Part shown: piece after piece, positions 31,001 through 40,380 of the stretch
Layout: each line of letters opens with the position of its first letter
Position numbering within the stretch: the first letter of the stretch is position 1
Assembly (NCBI GenBank): GCA_964513845.1
Contig: CAZENT010000003.1
Span: 70,809-134,808, forward strand
Direction of reading: 5' to 3'
DNA length: 64,000 bases
Source of the DNA: an uncultured Pseudomonadales bacterium
GTDB lineage: Bacteria > Patescibacteriota > Microgenomatia > UBA1400 > MFAQ01
Position numbers and translations under genes: made by a program
The notes under the pieces: generated by a model
What the model was told of the DNA's origin: nothing
What the model saw: the letters and a program-made list of their open reading frames with translations, nothing else
The model's database searches: none

Positions 31001-32476
31001 ATGGCAAGCAGACTTGAAGAAATACTTAAAGAACGAGAAAAGAAGATAGAAACCCTGAAAAAAATGGGGATTGATTTGTATCCGGCACGCTCTATAAAAG
31101 AAGCTGCCAATAGAGAAGTAGTGGAAAACTTTGAAAAATATGAAGGAAAAACGCTTACTTTAGCCGGAAGAATCATGGCTTGGAGAGAGCACGGTAAACT
31201 AATTTTTGGACAAATTCAAGATCAATCAGGGAAGATTCAGCTTTTTATTCGCGACGATATGATGGCAAAAGCAGACAAAGCTAAACAGACTTTGGGCTTT
31301 GAAGAACTGGACCTTTTGGATATTGGTGACATTATTCAAACCACCGGAGAAGTGGTGAAAACCAGAACAGGTGAAGTATCGATTCAGGTAAAAGAAATAA
31401 AAATATTGACTAAGTCTCGATTACCTCTGCCCGAAAAATGGACCGGCATTGTGGATCCTGATGAGGCTTTTAGAAAAAGATATTTAGATTTGTTGATGAA
31501 TCCAGAAAAAATTGCCAGATTTGAACGAAAGGCAAAGTTTTGGGCTGAGTGCAGATCATTTATGGCCTCCAAAGGATTTATCGAAGTGGAAATGCCAGTA
31601 CTGGAAGCTGTAACAGGAGGAGCAGATGCCAAGCCGTTTGTAACTCACATGAATGCCATCGATCAGGATTTTTACATGAGAATTTCGACAGAACTGTATC
31701 AAAAAAGATTGATTGGAGCCGGATTTGAAAAAATCTACACCTTGGCACCAAATTTCCGCAATGAAGGTATGGATGATGAACATCTGCCTGAGTATTACTC
31801 CTTGGAGTGGTACTGGGCCTATGCTGACTATCGAGACAATATGCAGTTAACTCGTGAACTTTACCGACATGTGGCAAAAGCGGTGTATGGAAAGACAAAA
31901 TTTGTAAGTCGTGGCATGGAGTATGACTTGGCTGATGATTGGAAGGAACTCGATTATCTAAAAGTGATTAAAGAAACAATTGGAATTGATATTGTGAACT
32001 CGACGGATGCTGAGATGATTGAAGCCATCAAAAAGGCCGGAGTGAAATTGACGGGAGAGATTAACAGAGCACGCCTGATAGATAACTGTTGGAAAATAGT
32101 TCGCAAAACGATTGCCGGACCAGCGTTCCTTCTCAATGAGCCCAAATTTATGTCCCCTCTGGCCAAGAGTAAAGCAGAAGATCCGACAATTACCGAGAGA
32201 TTCCACATTATTTTGGCCGGATCTGAACTTGGTAATGGCTATTCAGAACTCAATGATCCTGTGGACCAGAAAGAGAGATTTGAAGAGCAAGAAAAGGCCA
32301 GAGAAAAAGGTGATGAAGAGTCCCAGATGATGGATACTGATTTTTTGGAGATGCTTTCTTACGGAATGCCACCAACGTCAGGATTTGGAATGTCGGAGCG
32401 ACTATTTTGGTTTATGGAAGATGTTTCCGCTCGTGAGGGAACGTTATTTCCACCGCTTCGAACAAAGAAAGATTAA
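31001..32476 (+). CDS. lysS: lysyl-tRNA synthetase, class II
   Basis: N-terminal OB anticodon-binding domain, class II motifs including FRNEG, at 491 aa. Confidence 0.9.
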   Translation: MASRLEEILKEREKKIETLKKMGIDLYPARSIKEAANREVVENFEKYEGKTLTLAGRIMAWREHGKLIFGQIQDQSGKIQLFIRDDMMAKADKAKQTLGFEELDLLDIGDIIQTTGEVVKTRTGEVSIQVKEIKILTKSRLPLPEKWTGIVDPDEAFRKRYLDLLMNPEKIARFERKAKFWAECRSFMASKGFIEVEMPVLEAVTGGADAKPFVTHMNAIDQDFYMRISTELYQKRLIGAGFEKIYTLAPNFRNEGMDDEHLPEYYSLEWYWAYADYRDNMQLTRELYRHVAKAVYGKTKFVSRGMEYDLADDWKELDYLKVIKETIGIDIVNSTDAEMIEAIKKAGVKLTGEINRARLIDNCWKIVRKTIAGPAFLLNEPKFMSPLAKSKAEDPTITERFHIILAGSELGNGYSELNDPVDQKERFEEQEKAREKGDEESQMMDTDFLEMLSYGMPPTSGFGMSERLFWFMEDVSAREGTLFPPLRTKKD

Positions 32477-32492
32477 AGGTGTTGGATGATTG

Positions 32493-32531
32493 TTGTCAAA
32501 GCTTGACAAAGATTGTCAATTGAAGTATAGT
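32493..32531 (+). promoter_or_regulatory. sigma70-like promoter (TTGACA-17-TATAGT) overlapped by the palindrome TTGTCAAagcTTGACAA, a likely antitoxin operator
   Basis: Consensus -35 and -10 hexamers with a 17-nt spacer lie directly upstream of the RHH gene. A perfect 7-nt inverted repeat overlaps the -35. Confidence 0.5.
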
Positions 32532-32537
32532 ATCAAC

Positions 32538-32828
32538 ATGGCAATGATGAATGTTTCGCTACCAGAAAAACAAATTCAAGACGTCGACCTGATGGTGGAA
32601 AAATATGGTTATGCAAATAGAAGTGAGTTTGTAAGATCTGCCTTAAGGTTTGTGTTAAAAAATAAAGTTGTTTCTGATGAAATGACTAGTTTCCCTTTCT
32701 TGGTGGCTAACCCTCTTGATAAACCAGAAGACGTTGTTAAGGATTTTCGAGATACTGGAAAATATAACGAAGAATTTCTTAAAGATTTGGAAGTTGGTTT
32801 AAAGAAAAGTGAGACGCTAAAAAGATAA
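32538..32828 (+). CDS. ribbon-helix-helix (CopG/ParD-like) antitoxin, paralog of 61234-61521
   Basis: N-terminal RHH segment (MNVSLPEKQIQDVD...NRSEFVRSALRF) and strong similarity to the second copy in this window. Confidence 0.6.
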   Translation: MAMMNVSLPEKQIQDVDLMVEKYGYANRSEFVRSALRFVLKNKVVSDEMTSFPFLVANPLDKPEDVVKDFRDTGKYNEEFLKDLEVGLKKSETLKR

Positions 32829-33085
32829 ATGTTTGAAGTTTTACCACTAAGGAAAGATCTGGTGATGGTGCTGAAAAAAAATATGGATTGGAACGTAAGT
32901 TTGAGAAACAAATGACCTATCTTCGTGAAAATCCTAAACATCCAAGCTTAAATCTTGAATTGATGGAGCCAAAGAGCAGAAGACTTTATAGCATCAGAAT
33001 TGATCGACAGTATCGTGCCTTGCTTAAGTTTTTGCCTGATAAAGAAAGTATTGAAATTATATTGATAACAAACCACTATCATTAA
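32829..33085 (+). pseudogene. RelE/ParE-superfamily toxin, frameshifted in a poly-A run (paralog of 61522-61773)
   Basis: Frame A (MFEVLPLRKDLVMVLKKN...) stops after 28 codons. Frame B continues KKYGLERKFEKQMTYLRENPKHPSLNLELMEPKSRRLYSIRIDRQYRALLKF, matching the intact paralog. The shift maps to an A8 tract at about 32873-32880. Confidence 0.45.
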
Positions 33086-33087
33086 GG

Positions 33088-33096
33088 TTGTATAAT
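33088..33096 (+). promoter_or_regulatory. extended -10-like promoter element TTGTATAAT
   Basis: Near-consensus -10 hexamer with TG upstream, about 10 nt before the start of a terminated structured segment. Confidence 0.35.
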
Positions 33097-33102
33097 AAAA
33101 TA

Positions 33103-33240
33103 ATAAGTGAATTGCTTTGGTGATCCGACTACCAATCGGGGAAAAGCAGGGGGTGAGCACCAACGCTCTGTATTAAGAGGCTACCTAGCAAGCAAGATGG
33201 AACCGTCCGAAAGGACTCTTGCAAGAAGGGTAGTTTTTTT
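33103..33240 (+). ncRNA. candidate small structured RNA or 5' leader ending in an intrinsic terminator (ggctacc...gggtag + T7)
   Basis: Promoter-like box followed by about 138 nt containing a GNRA hairpin (gtcc-gaaa-ggac) inside a long stem closed by ctacc/ggtag and TTTTTTT. It lies upstream of the B1 repeat and thrS. Confidence 0.25.
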
Positions 33241-33288
33241 GTTATTAACAAATTATTGATACAAGAACTTCGTTGTATCTATTTGAAA

Positions 33289-33390
33289 AACCGAACGCTA
33301 TTTGGCCTGCGCCAAATTCGTTCTTGTTTGCAGTCAAAAACTTTTTGAATACAAAAAGACCGGGCTTTTTGACTTGCGCAATATTTTTCA
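33289..33390 (+). repeat. structured repeat family B, copy 1 (upstream of thrS)
   Basis: Hairpin 1 is atttggc-ctgc-gccaaat. Hairpin 2 has outer stem gtcaaaaa/tttttgac and inner stem ctttttg-aata-caaaaag, with a bulge accgggc and a tail ttgcgcaatattttt. Stems covary with the other copies. Confidence 0.8.
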
Positions 33391-33430
33391 AATCAGATAA
33401 CAACTGCAGTTCTTTAATTATTTAAACAAA

Positions 33431-35197
33431 ATGGAAGAGCAAAAACTAAATGCACTTAGACATAGTGCCGAACATATATTAACTCAGGCGATGGAGAAGC
33501 TTTGGCCTGGCATAATACTTAAAGCCATGGGGCCTTCAATTGAGACCGGGTTTTATTTTGACTTTGATACCACAAATGGCTTCAAAGTAACTGAAGCAGA
33601 TTTTCCCAAGATTGAAAAAGAGATGAAAAAGATAGTGCAACTCAATTTGCCTTTTGAAAAATTCATAGTAACAGCGGAAGAGGCCAGAAAGATGTTCGCT
33701 GATAATCCATATAAACAAGAGTGGATTGAAAAAGCGGAAAAAGAGGGAGAAGAAATTTCGGTTTACTGGACTGGTGACCCTGGAAAGGGTGGCTCGTTTG
33801 TAGATGTTTGTGCCGGACCTCATGTGGCCAGAACAATTGAAGTTAAAGTCTTTAAACTCTTGTCGATTGCGGGAGCTTACTGGCACGGTGATGAAAAAAA
33901 CAAGATGCTTACCAGAATCTATGGGACGGCTTTTGAAACACAGGAAGAGCTGGATAAATATGTGTCACTTTTGGAAGAAGCCAGGAAACGCGATCATAGA
34001 AAACTAGGAAAAGAGATGGATTTGTTTTCTTTTTCGGACTTGATTGGCAGCGGATTACCTCTTTATTCTCCCAAAGGTGCTTTCATAAGACGAACGCTAA
34101 ATAATTTTGTAGAAGAGATGCAGATTGCTGAAGGATATACCCAGGTCTGGACACCTCAAATTGCAAAAGCAGATCTGTTTAAAACTTCAGGTCACTATGA
34201 CAAATACAAGGACTCGATGTTCCGAGTAGTTTCCAATTACTCCGACGAAGAGATGTTTCTTAAGCCGATGAACTGTCCACAACATACACAAATTTTTGCG
34301 GCACAGAGTCGAAGCTATCGAGATTTACCTTTGCGCCTGACTGACTTTGCAATGCTTTATCGTGATGAAAAACCGGGTGAGCTATCTGGCCTTGCTCGAG
34401 CAAGAGCTTTCTCACAAGATGATTGTCATATTTTTTGCCGTGAAGATCAGGTGGATGCAGAAATTGATATGGCTTTGCAGATGACGAAGAAAATTATGAG
34501 CACTTTTGGATTTAAGTATAAATACAGACTTTCAACTCGTGACCTTCAACATCCGGAAAAATATTTGGGGGATCCTAAGATTTGGGATAAAGTAGAAAAA
34601 TGGGCGGAAGTAATCATGGAAAGAAACGGTATTGAGTACTTCCAAGGACCCGGAGAAGCGGCTTTTTATGCTCCTAAAATGGATTTGATTGCAACCGATG
34701 CCTTGGGAAGAGAGTGGCAGCTATCAACAGTACAAATTGACTTTGTGATGCCTGAGCGATTTGGATTGGTATATACCGATCAAGATGGAACCCAGAAACA
34801 TCCAGTAATGCTTCATCGAGCTATTATCGGTTCGGCTGAACGCATGATGATGATTCTCATCGAACATTTTGGTGGGGCTTTTCCAACATGGCTATCACCA
34901 ACTCAAGTAACAATCTTGCCTATTTCTGAGAAGACTATGGAGTATTCCGAAGGTGTTAATAAAAAACTGCTGGAAAAAGGGATTCGAGTTGAGCTAAATC
35001 GTGATGCTGATTCTCTGGGAAAGAAAATCCGCAATGCAGAAGCTTCGAAAGTGCCTTACATGTTAATCATTGGTGAAAAAGAAGCGGAGGCAAAAGAAGT
35101 GTCTGTGCGTCAACGTGGTCAGAAAGATTTGGGGTCAATGACTGTGGCTGATTTTGCTGAGAAGATAGCTAAAGAGATTGAGGAGAAAAGTTTATAG
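33431..35197 (+). CDS. thrS: threonyl-tRNA synthetase (no N-terminal TGS domain)
   Basis: Begins at the editing / second additional domain (HSAEHIL), then class II catalytic motifs and a C-terminal anticodon-binding domain, at 588 aa. Confidence 0.9.
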   Translation: MEEQKLNALRHSAEHILTQAMEKLWPGIILKAMGPSIETGFYFDFDTTNGFKVTEADFPKIEKEMKKIVQLNLPFEKFIVTAEEARKMFADNPYKQEWIEKAEKEGEEISVYWTGDPGKGGSFVDVCAGPHVARTIEVKVFKLLSIAGAYWHGDEKNKMLTRIYGTAFETQEELDKYVSLLEEARKRDHRKLGKEMDLFSFSDLIGSGLPLYSPKGAFIRRTLNNFVEEMQIAEGYTQVWTPQIAKADLFKTSGHYDKYKDSMFRVVSNYSDEEMFLKPMNCPQHTQIFAAQSRSYRDLPLRLTDFAMLYRDEKPGELSGLARARAFSQDDCHIFCREDQVDAEIDMALQMTKKIMSTFGFKYKYRLSTRDLQHPEKYLGDPKIWDKVEKWAEVIMERNGIEYFQGPGEAAFYAPKMDLIATDALGREWQLSTVQIDFVMPERFGLVYTDQDGTQKHPVMLHRAIIGSAERMMMILIEHFGGAFPTWLSPTQVTILPISEKTMEYSEGVNKKLLEKGIRVELNRDADSLGKKIRNAEASKVPYMLIIGEKEAEAKEVSVRQRGQKDLGSMTVADFAEKIAKEIEEKSL

Positions 35198-35214
35198 AGG
35201 CCTGACAAAATATC

Positions 35215-35394
35215 TCTCCTTTTCCTCTTTTGTCATTTAGTATTTTATGACGTCGCAAAAGCGACCGTCGGTTCCTATTTTCTTGATTCTCGCCCGCTCA
35301 TCGCGTAGGCTCGCAGACAGTAGTCTGAAAATCAAGAAAATTACGGACGTGCGACTCATTGTCAAAAATACTAAATGCCAAACGGAAAGAGAAA
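35215..35394 (+). repeat. intergenic palindromic repeat, family A copy 3
   Basis: About 90% identical to copies 1 and 2, with a hairpin variant gtcgc-aaaa-gcgac. It lies between thrS and tyrS. Confidence 0.8.
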
Positions 35395-35457
35395 TTTTTT
35401 TCTATTGGACTAGTACATAGAAACGAACAATATCGATATAGATGAACCACGCCTAGA

Positions 35458-36681
35458 ATGAGTTACAATAGCTATATGGAAGAAGCTGAGAAAAAAGCCA
35501 AAATTGAGAGTTTTCTGACTCGAGGAGTGGAAAACATTGTGCCGAATAGACAAGAGATTGAAAAGCTTTTGTATTCGGGGAAAGTTTTGAATGTTTATAT
35601 GGGCATAGATCCAACCGCAACCAGAATACATTTGGGACACGCCTTTCCTTTGCGTAAACTGCAGTTATTATCTGAGTTGGGACATCACGTGACTTTTCTG
35701 ATTGGTGATTTTACAGCGACAGTTGGAGATACTTCGGATAAGGAAGCAGAGAGGCCGATGTTAACCCATGAACAGATTGAAGAAAATTTTCAGACTTACA
35801 AAAGACAAGCGAAAAAAATAATTGATCTTTCCAAAATCGAGACGCATTTTAATAGCGAGTGGCTCAGCAAACTCGACTTTGCCGCTGTTTTGAAATTAAC
35901 CAGACATTTTTCACTTAATGACTTTATTGGTCGAGAACTAATCAAAAAAAGACTACAAGAAGGGAAAAGTATTAGTTTGCCCGAAGTGCTTTATCCAATC
36001 ATGCAAGGTTATGACAGTATGGTTTTGGATACCGATATTCAGATTGGTGGTACAGATCAGATTTTCAATATGCAAGCGGGGAGAACCTTAATTAAGGATT
36101 TAAAAGAGAAAGATTCCTTTATTGTGGCGAATGGCTTTTTACCTGGTACTGATGGCCGTAAAATGAGTAAAACCTGGGGGAATGCTATTTGGCTTGAGGA
36201 CTCACCTGAAGAAGTCTTTGGAAAAGTAATGTCAGTATCCGACGATATGATCATCACTTACTACACCATGGGAACTAATGCTCCTCAAAGCGAAATTGAT
36301 GAAGCAAAAAAACGCTTGGAAAGTGGTGAAAATCCAATGAATATCAAGCGAGAACTGGGAAGGGTAATTGTTCGCGAGCTTTGCGGAAAAGATGAGGTAG
36401 AGGCAGCTGAAGAGTTTTTTCAAAAAACCGTGGTGGAAAAGAAAGTTGATGAAAACGCTCCAGAAGTGAGATGGGATAAAGAAACAATTACTGTTGAAGA
36501 CATAATTAGAATGATGGTAGAGCTGTCAATGTCATCGAGTAACGGAGAAGCAAAAAGACTAATTGAACAAGGAGGAGTTTACTTAAATGAAGTGAGAGTG
36601 GAGAAAAAATCGGTGGATCTGCCTGTAGGTAAGGGGATTGTCAGGGTAGGAAAGAGAAAATATATAAAAATTAGTAGATAA
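35458..36681 (+). CDS. tyrS: tyrosyl-tRNA synthetase
   Basis: HLGH and KMSKT motifs and a C-terminal S4-like domain, at 407 aa. Confidence 0.9.
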   Translation: MSYNSYMEEAEKKAKIESFLTRGVENIVPNRQEIEKLLYSGKVLNVYMGIDPTATRIHLGHAFPLRKLQLLSELGHHVTFLIGDFTATVGDTSDKEAERPMLTHEQIEENFQTYKRQAKKIIDLSKIETHFNSEWLSKLDFAAVLKLTRHFSLNDFIGRELIKKRLQEGKSISLPEVLYPIMQGYDSMVLDTDIQIGGTDQIFNMQAGRTLIKDLKEKDSFIVANGFLPGTDGRKMSKTWGNAIWLEDSPEEVFGKVMSVSDDMIITYYTMGTNAPQSEIDEAKKRLESGENPMNIKRELGRVIVRELCGKDEVEAAEEFFQKTVVEKKVDENAPEVRWDKETITVEDIIRMMVELSMSSSNGEAKRLIEQGGVYLNEVRVEKKSVDLPVGKGIVRVGKRKYIKISR

Positions 36682-36692
36682 TCTGATATCAA

Positions 36693-38006
36693 ATGACAAA
36701 AGTAACACCAAGAATTCAAGCAGGTTTTATGGAGCTGCTTCCGGCAGAACAAATTCTGTTTAATAAAATGATGAGGACGATATCGGAAACTTTTGAAGAG
36801 TTTGGATATGCACCCTTGGATACGCCTTTGGTGGAAAACGCCGAAGTACTTTTTGCTCAGATAGGTGAAGATACCCAAAAGGAAGTTTATCGTTTTTCCA
36901 AAGGAGATGACGAGCTGGGACTGCGCTTTGACCTGACGGTACCATTTGCTAGATATGTGGCGATGAGAAGCAATAATCTGACATTTCCCTTCCGTAGATA
37001 TCAAATAGGTAAGGCATATCGAGGAGAGCGACCTCAAAAGGGACGTTTCCGCGAGTTTTATCAAGCAGACATCGACATCATTGGAAATGGTTCTTTGGCT
37101 GTGGTGAACGATGCAGAGATGCCGGCAGTAATTAATCGAGTTTTTGAAAAATTACAGTTGGGAGAGTTTTTAATTCGGATAAGTAATCGAAGAATTTTAA
37201 GCGGATTGTTGGAAAATTGGAATATTAGTGAAAAACGAGATGATGCTCTGAGAATTATTGACAAACTTGAAAAAATTGGAGCTGATTCCGTTAAACAAAT
37301 GCTGGTAGATTTGGGAATTAACATGTCGGACGTGATTAAGATAATGGATTTTGTTTGTTTGGCTGGAAACAACCAACAGATGTTGGAAAGTTTGCGAAAA
37401 ATGGAAGTGGAAAATGAGTTGTTTAAAACCGGGGTAGAAGAACTAGCGGAAGTAGTTAAAAAATCTTTGGAGTTTGGAGTCCCAGAAAAGAATATTAAAA
37501 TTGATTTATCGGTAGTTCGCGGTTTGTCGTATTACACTGGAACTGTTTACGAAACAAAACTTTTAGATGATAGAGTAATGGGAAGTGTTTGTGGTGGTGG
37601 AAGATATGACAACTTGGCAGAAAGCTATACTGATCAAAAATTTCCTGGAGTAGGAGTGTCGATTGGATTAACTAGATTATTTTCTCAATTATTAAGCTCT
37701 GGAATGATTAAAGCGGGTGCGGCAACCCCGGCAAAATTATTAGTTGTGCCTATGGAAGCAGATATGCCTTTTGCTATGGAGGTGGCGGCTAATTTGAGGA
37801 AACTGGGAGTGCCAACAGAGTTGTACACCGAAGATGATAAATTCAAGAAAAAATTGATGTATGCCAATAGAATTGGTGTGCCGTATGTAGCGATTATTGG
37901 AGAAGATGAAGTGGCCAAAAAGAAAATTGCTCTGAAAAACATGACGACAGGAGAACAGGAAATGATGGATGTGAAGTCTGCGGCAATGAAGATTTTAAGT
38001 TTATAG
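36693..38006 (+). CDS. hisS: histidyl-tRNA synthetase
   Basis: Class IIa motifs (RRYQIGKAYRGERPQKGRFREFYQADIDIIG motif 2) and a C-terminal anticodon-binding domain, at 437 aa. Confidence 0.85.
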   Translation: MTKVTPRIQAGFMELLPAEQILFNKMMRTISETFEEFGYAPLDTPLVENAEVLFAQIGEDTQKEVYRFSKGDDELGLRFDLTVPFARYVAMRSNNLTFPFRRYQIGKAYRGERPQKGRFREFYQADIDIIGNGSLAVVNDAEMPAVINRVFEKLQLGEFLIRISNRRILSGLLENWNISEKRDDALRIIDKLEKIGADSVKQMLVDLGINMSDVIKIMDFVCLAGNNQQMLESLRKMEVENELFKTGVEELAEVVKKSLEFGVPEKNIKIDLSVVRGLSYYTGTVYETKLLDDRVMGSVCGGGRYDNLAESYTDQKFPGVGVSIGLTRLFSQLLSSGMIKAGAATPAKLLVVPMEADMPFAMEVAANLRKLGVPTELYTEDDKFKKKLMYANRIGVPYVAIIGEDEVAKKKIALKNMTTGEQEMMDVKSAAMKILSL

Positions 38007-38043
38007 ACTGGTCTTGGTGACAAATAAACTATAATAAAATTGA

Positions 38044-38673
38044 ATGAGGGTAAATTTAATAAACAAGAGTTTTACTTTGTTGGAAGTTTTGATTGCGATG
38101 GCTATATTGTCAATTTTGACGATGATATCGATGATTGTGATTCCTACTCAGCTAGCGAAAGCGTATGACTCTCGTCGAAAAGCAGATCTTCATGAAATAA
38201 AAATAAATCTGGAAGAGTATTACGATATGGCTGGACAGTATCCCGAAGAACTTCCTGAGTGTGGAAAAGCGTTTGTGTTTGGAACTCGGGAAATAATGAA
38301 CTCAATACCGTGCGATCCAACTTCGAAAGAATCTTATTTTTATCAAATAAGAAGAGGAGATCTGCAATCGTTTCGAATTTATACAAATTTGGCAAGAGAT
38401 AATGATATTTCAATAGCCGATGTAGGTTGTGGTGGTGGTTGTGGACCAGATTGTTTTTATAACTATGGAGTGTCGAGCTCTAATATTGGCTTAGTTAAGT
38501 GTTCATATGTTTGCGCTCCAGGAGGGGGTCGATTAGGGTCGTGTGAGCTGTATCAGGATACTGAGATAAGTCTATGTCCTCTGTTATTTTATGACGACTC
38601 GACCTGTAAAAATAAATGTGACGATCCTAAAAATAGGTGTGAGAATGCAAGTGGAAAACAAAAACCGTATTAA
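38044..38673 (+). CDS. type IV pilin / pseudopilin (prepilin-type N-terminal cleavage-methylation signal), Cys-rich C-terminal domain
   Basis: KSFTLLEVLIAMAILSIL class III signal (expected processing before F, leaving FTLLE). The globular domain carries many Cys pairs. Confidence 0.65.
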   Translation: MRVNLINKSFTLLEVLIAMAILSILTMISMIVIPTQLAKAYDSRRKADLHEIKINLEEYYDMAGQYPEELPECGKAFVFGTREIMNSIPCDPTSKESYFYQIRRGDLQSFRIYTNLARDNDISIADVGCGGGCGPDCFYNYGVSSSNIGLVKCSYVCAPGGGRLGSCELYQDTEISLCPLLFYDDSTCKNKCDDPKNRCENASGKQKPY

Positions 38674-38749
38674 TTTTCTTCGGAGGTGATAAAATCATCA
38701 GGCGAGGAGACGAATTAGACATTAAACTATACCTTCAAGCAAAAATATT

Positions 38750-38950
38750 ATGACAGGAACGGTTAAAACAAAAACAGATAAAGGGTTCGGATTTATCTCC
38801 CGCGAAGGAGAAACAAAAGACCTCTTTTTTCATTCCAACGATTTAGTTGGTATTTCATTTGATCAACTTCAAACAGGAGCAGTCGTCTCTTTTGATATTG
38901 AACAAGGACCAAAAGGACCAGCTGCAAAGAACGTAAAAATTGCTGAGTAA
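38750..38950 (+). CDS. cold-shock protein (CspA family)
   Basis: GTVKTKTDKGFGFISREGE... RNP1/RNP2-like motifs, at 66 aa. Confidence 0.85.
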   Translation: MTGTVKTKTDKGFGFISREGETKDLFFHSNDLVGISFDQLQTGAVVSFDIEQGPKGPAAKNVKIAE

Positions 38951-38971
38951 TTTTTGATTTAGAAAAACAAA

Positions 38972-39000
38972 TTAGGCTTCGCTTCGGCGGGGCCTTTTTT
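38972..39000. terminator. bidirectional intrinsic terminator between csp (+) and glyQS (-)
   Basis: Hairpin ggcttcgc-ttcg-gcggggcc flanked by A- and T-tracts. Confidence 0.5.
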
Positions 39001-39005
39001 GTGAC

Positions 39006-40379
39006 TTAAATAAGAGCTGAGAGAAGATCGGCTATCTTAACTCGCTTCTGTTCGGCTGAGTCGCGTTCTCTGACAGTCACGGTGTTGTCTTCAAGGGTGG
39101 TGTAATCGACTGTAATGCAGTAAGGAGTACCGATTTCATCTTGGGTGAAGTAACGTTTGCCAATATTGCCTCTTTCATCTAGTACTACGCGCATGCTTTT
39201 CTTTAAATCATTGAAGATCTCCTTGGCTTTGGTACTGAGCTCTTCTTTGTTGCCAACTAAGGGGAAGACGGCAACTTTGTATGGAGCTAGGACGGCCGGT
39301 AGCTTCATAATTACTCTTTGTTTTTCGGTGTCTTCGTAATAAGCGTTCATCAAAATAATGGTAAGAAGACGAGAAAGGCCAAAGGTGGGTTCAATAACAT
39401 GAGGAAGATATTTTTCCTGAGTAAATGGATCTGTGTATCGAAGATCGACACCGGATTTCTCCATGTGATTTTTGAGATCAAAGTCAGTGCGATATGCCAA
39501 ACCCCACATCTCCTTGAAACCCCAGGGGAACTCGTATTCAAGATCCTCAGTGCGTTTACTGTAATGAGCCAGCTCTTCTTTGGTATGGGCTCTCCAGCGA
39601 AGTTTTTCGGCAGGTAGTCCAAGTGAAACAGCGAAATCAAACATTTCCTTTTTCCAGTACTCGAAATGTTTTTCCCATTCATCTGGCTTAACAAAATACT
39701 CAAACTCGGCGAGGTCGAACTCAAGAGTACGGAAAGTAAACTTGCCCATGGTAATCTCGTTGCGGAAAACCTTGCCTGATTGAGCAAGTCCAAATGGTAG
39801 CTTGGGATGAATGGAGTCGATAACTTGTTTGAAGTCGACAAACATGCCTTGAGCAAGCTCACCTCTGAGATATGCCGTAGATTTTCCTTCGGTAATAATA
39901 CCGATCTGAGTTTCAAAAAGTTGATTGAAATTTCTGACCTTGGTCCAGGTTTTGTTGCCACACTTGGGGCATTTGATACCTTTTTCTTGAATAATAGTAT
40001 CAAGCTCTTCAAGTGGTTTACCTTCAACATTTTCAATATCCTTAACAGCATCTTCGATCAAATGGTCTGCGCGGGTGCGGAAATGGCAAGTAAGACAGTC
40101 AATTAAGACATTGGTGAAGTTGGCGGTATGTCCGGATGCATCCCAAACCTTGGGGCTCATTAGAACAGAAGTGTCCAAGCCAAACATGTCTGTACGGTTG
40201 GTGACAAAAGTGGTCCACCAAAGGTTGATGAGATTTCTTTTTAGCTCAGTTCCTAGAGGACCAAAGTCGTAGGTGTTGGCCAAACCGCCATAAATTTCAG
40301 AACCGGGAAATATAAAACCACGACGTTTGGAAAGAGAGATGATCTTTTCGAGAGTGTTATCCTTGGTGGGTTTTTCCAT
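39006..40379 (-). CDS. glyQS: glycyl-tRNA synthetase, alpha2 (eukaryotic/archaeal-like) type
   Basis: FIFPGSEIYGGLANTYDFGPLG N terminus, insertion with a CPKCG zinc knuckle and a C-terminal anticodon-binding domain, at 457 aa. Confidence 0.9.
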   Translation of the reverse strand: MEKPTKDNTLEKIISLSKRRGFIFPGSEIYGGLANTYDFGPLGTELKRNLINLWWTTFVTNRTDMFGLDTSVLMSPKVWDASGHTANFTNVLIDCLTCHFRTRADHLIEDAVKDIENVEGKPLEELDTIIQEKGIKCPKCGNKTWTKVRNFNQLFETQIGIITEGKSTAYLRGELAQGMFVDFKQVIDSIHPKLPFGLAQSGKVFRNEITMGKFTFRTLEFDLAEFEYFVKPDEWEKHFEYWKKEMFDFAVSLGLPAEKLRWRAHTKEELAHYSKRTEDLEYEFPWGFKEMWGLAYRTDFDLKNHMEKSGVDLRYTDPFTQEKYLPHVIEPTFGLSRLLTIILMNAYYEDTEKQRVIMKLPAVLAPYKVAVFPLVGNKEELSTKAKEIFNDLKKSMRVVLDERGNIGKRYFTQDEIGTPYCITVDYTTLEDNTVTVRERDSAEQKRVKIADLLSALI

Positions 40380-40380
40380 A

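Noticed and set aside
33103-33240. T-box riboswitch upstream of thrS
   Set aside because: A specifier-like ACU/ACC loop and a terminator are present. The canonical T-box sequence (AAUUAGGGUGGUACCGCG) and its antiterminator bulge are not recognisable, so it is not called as a T-box.
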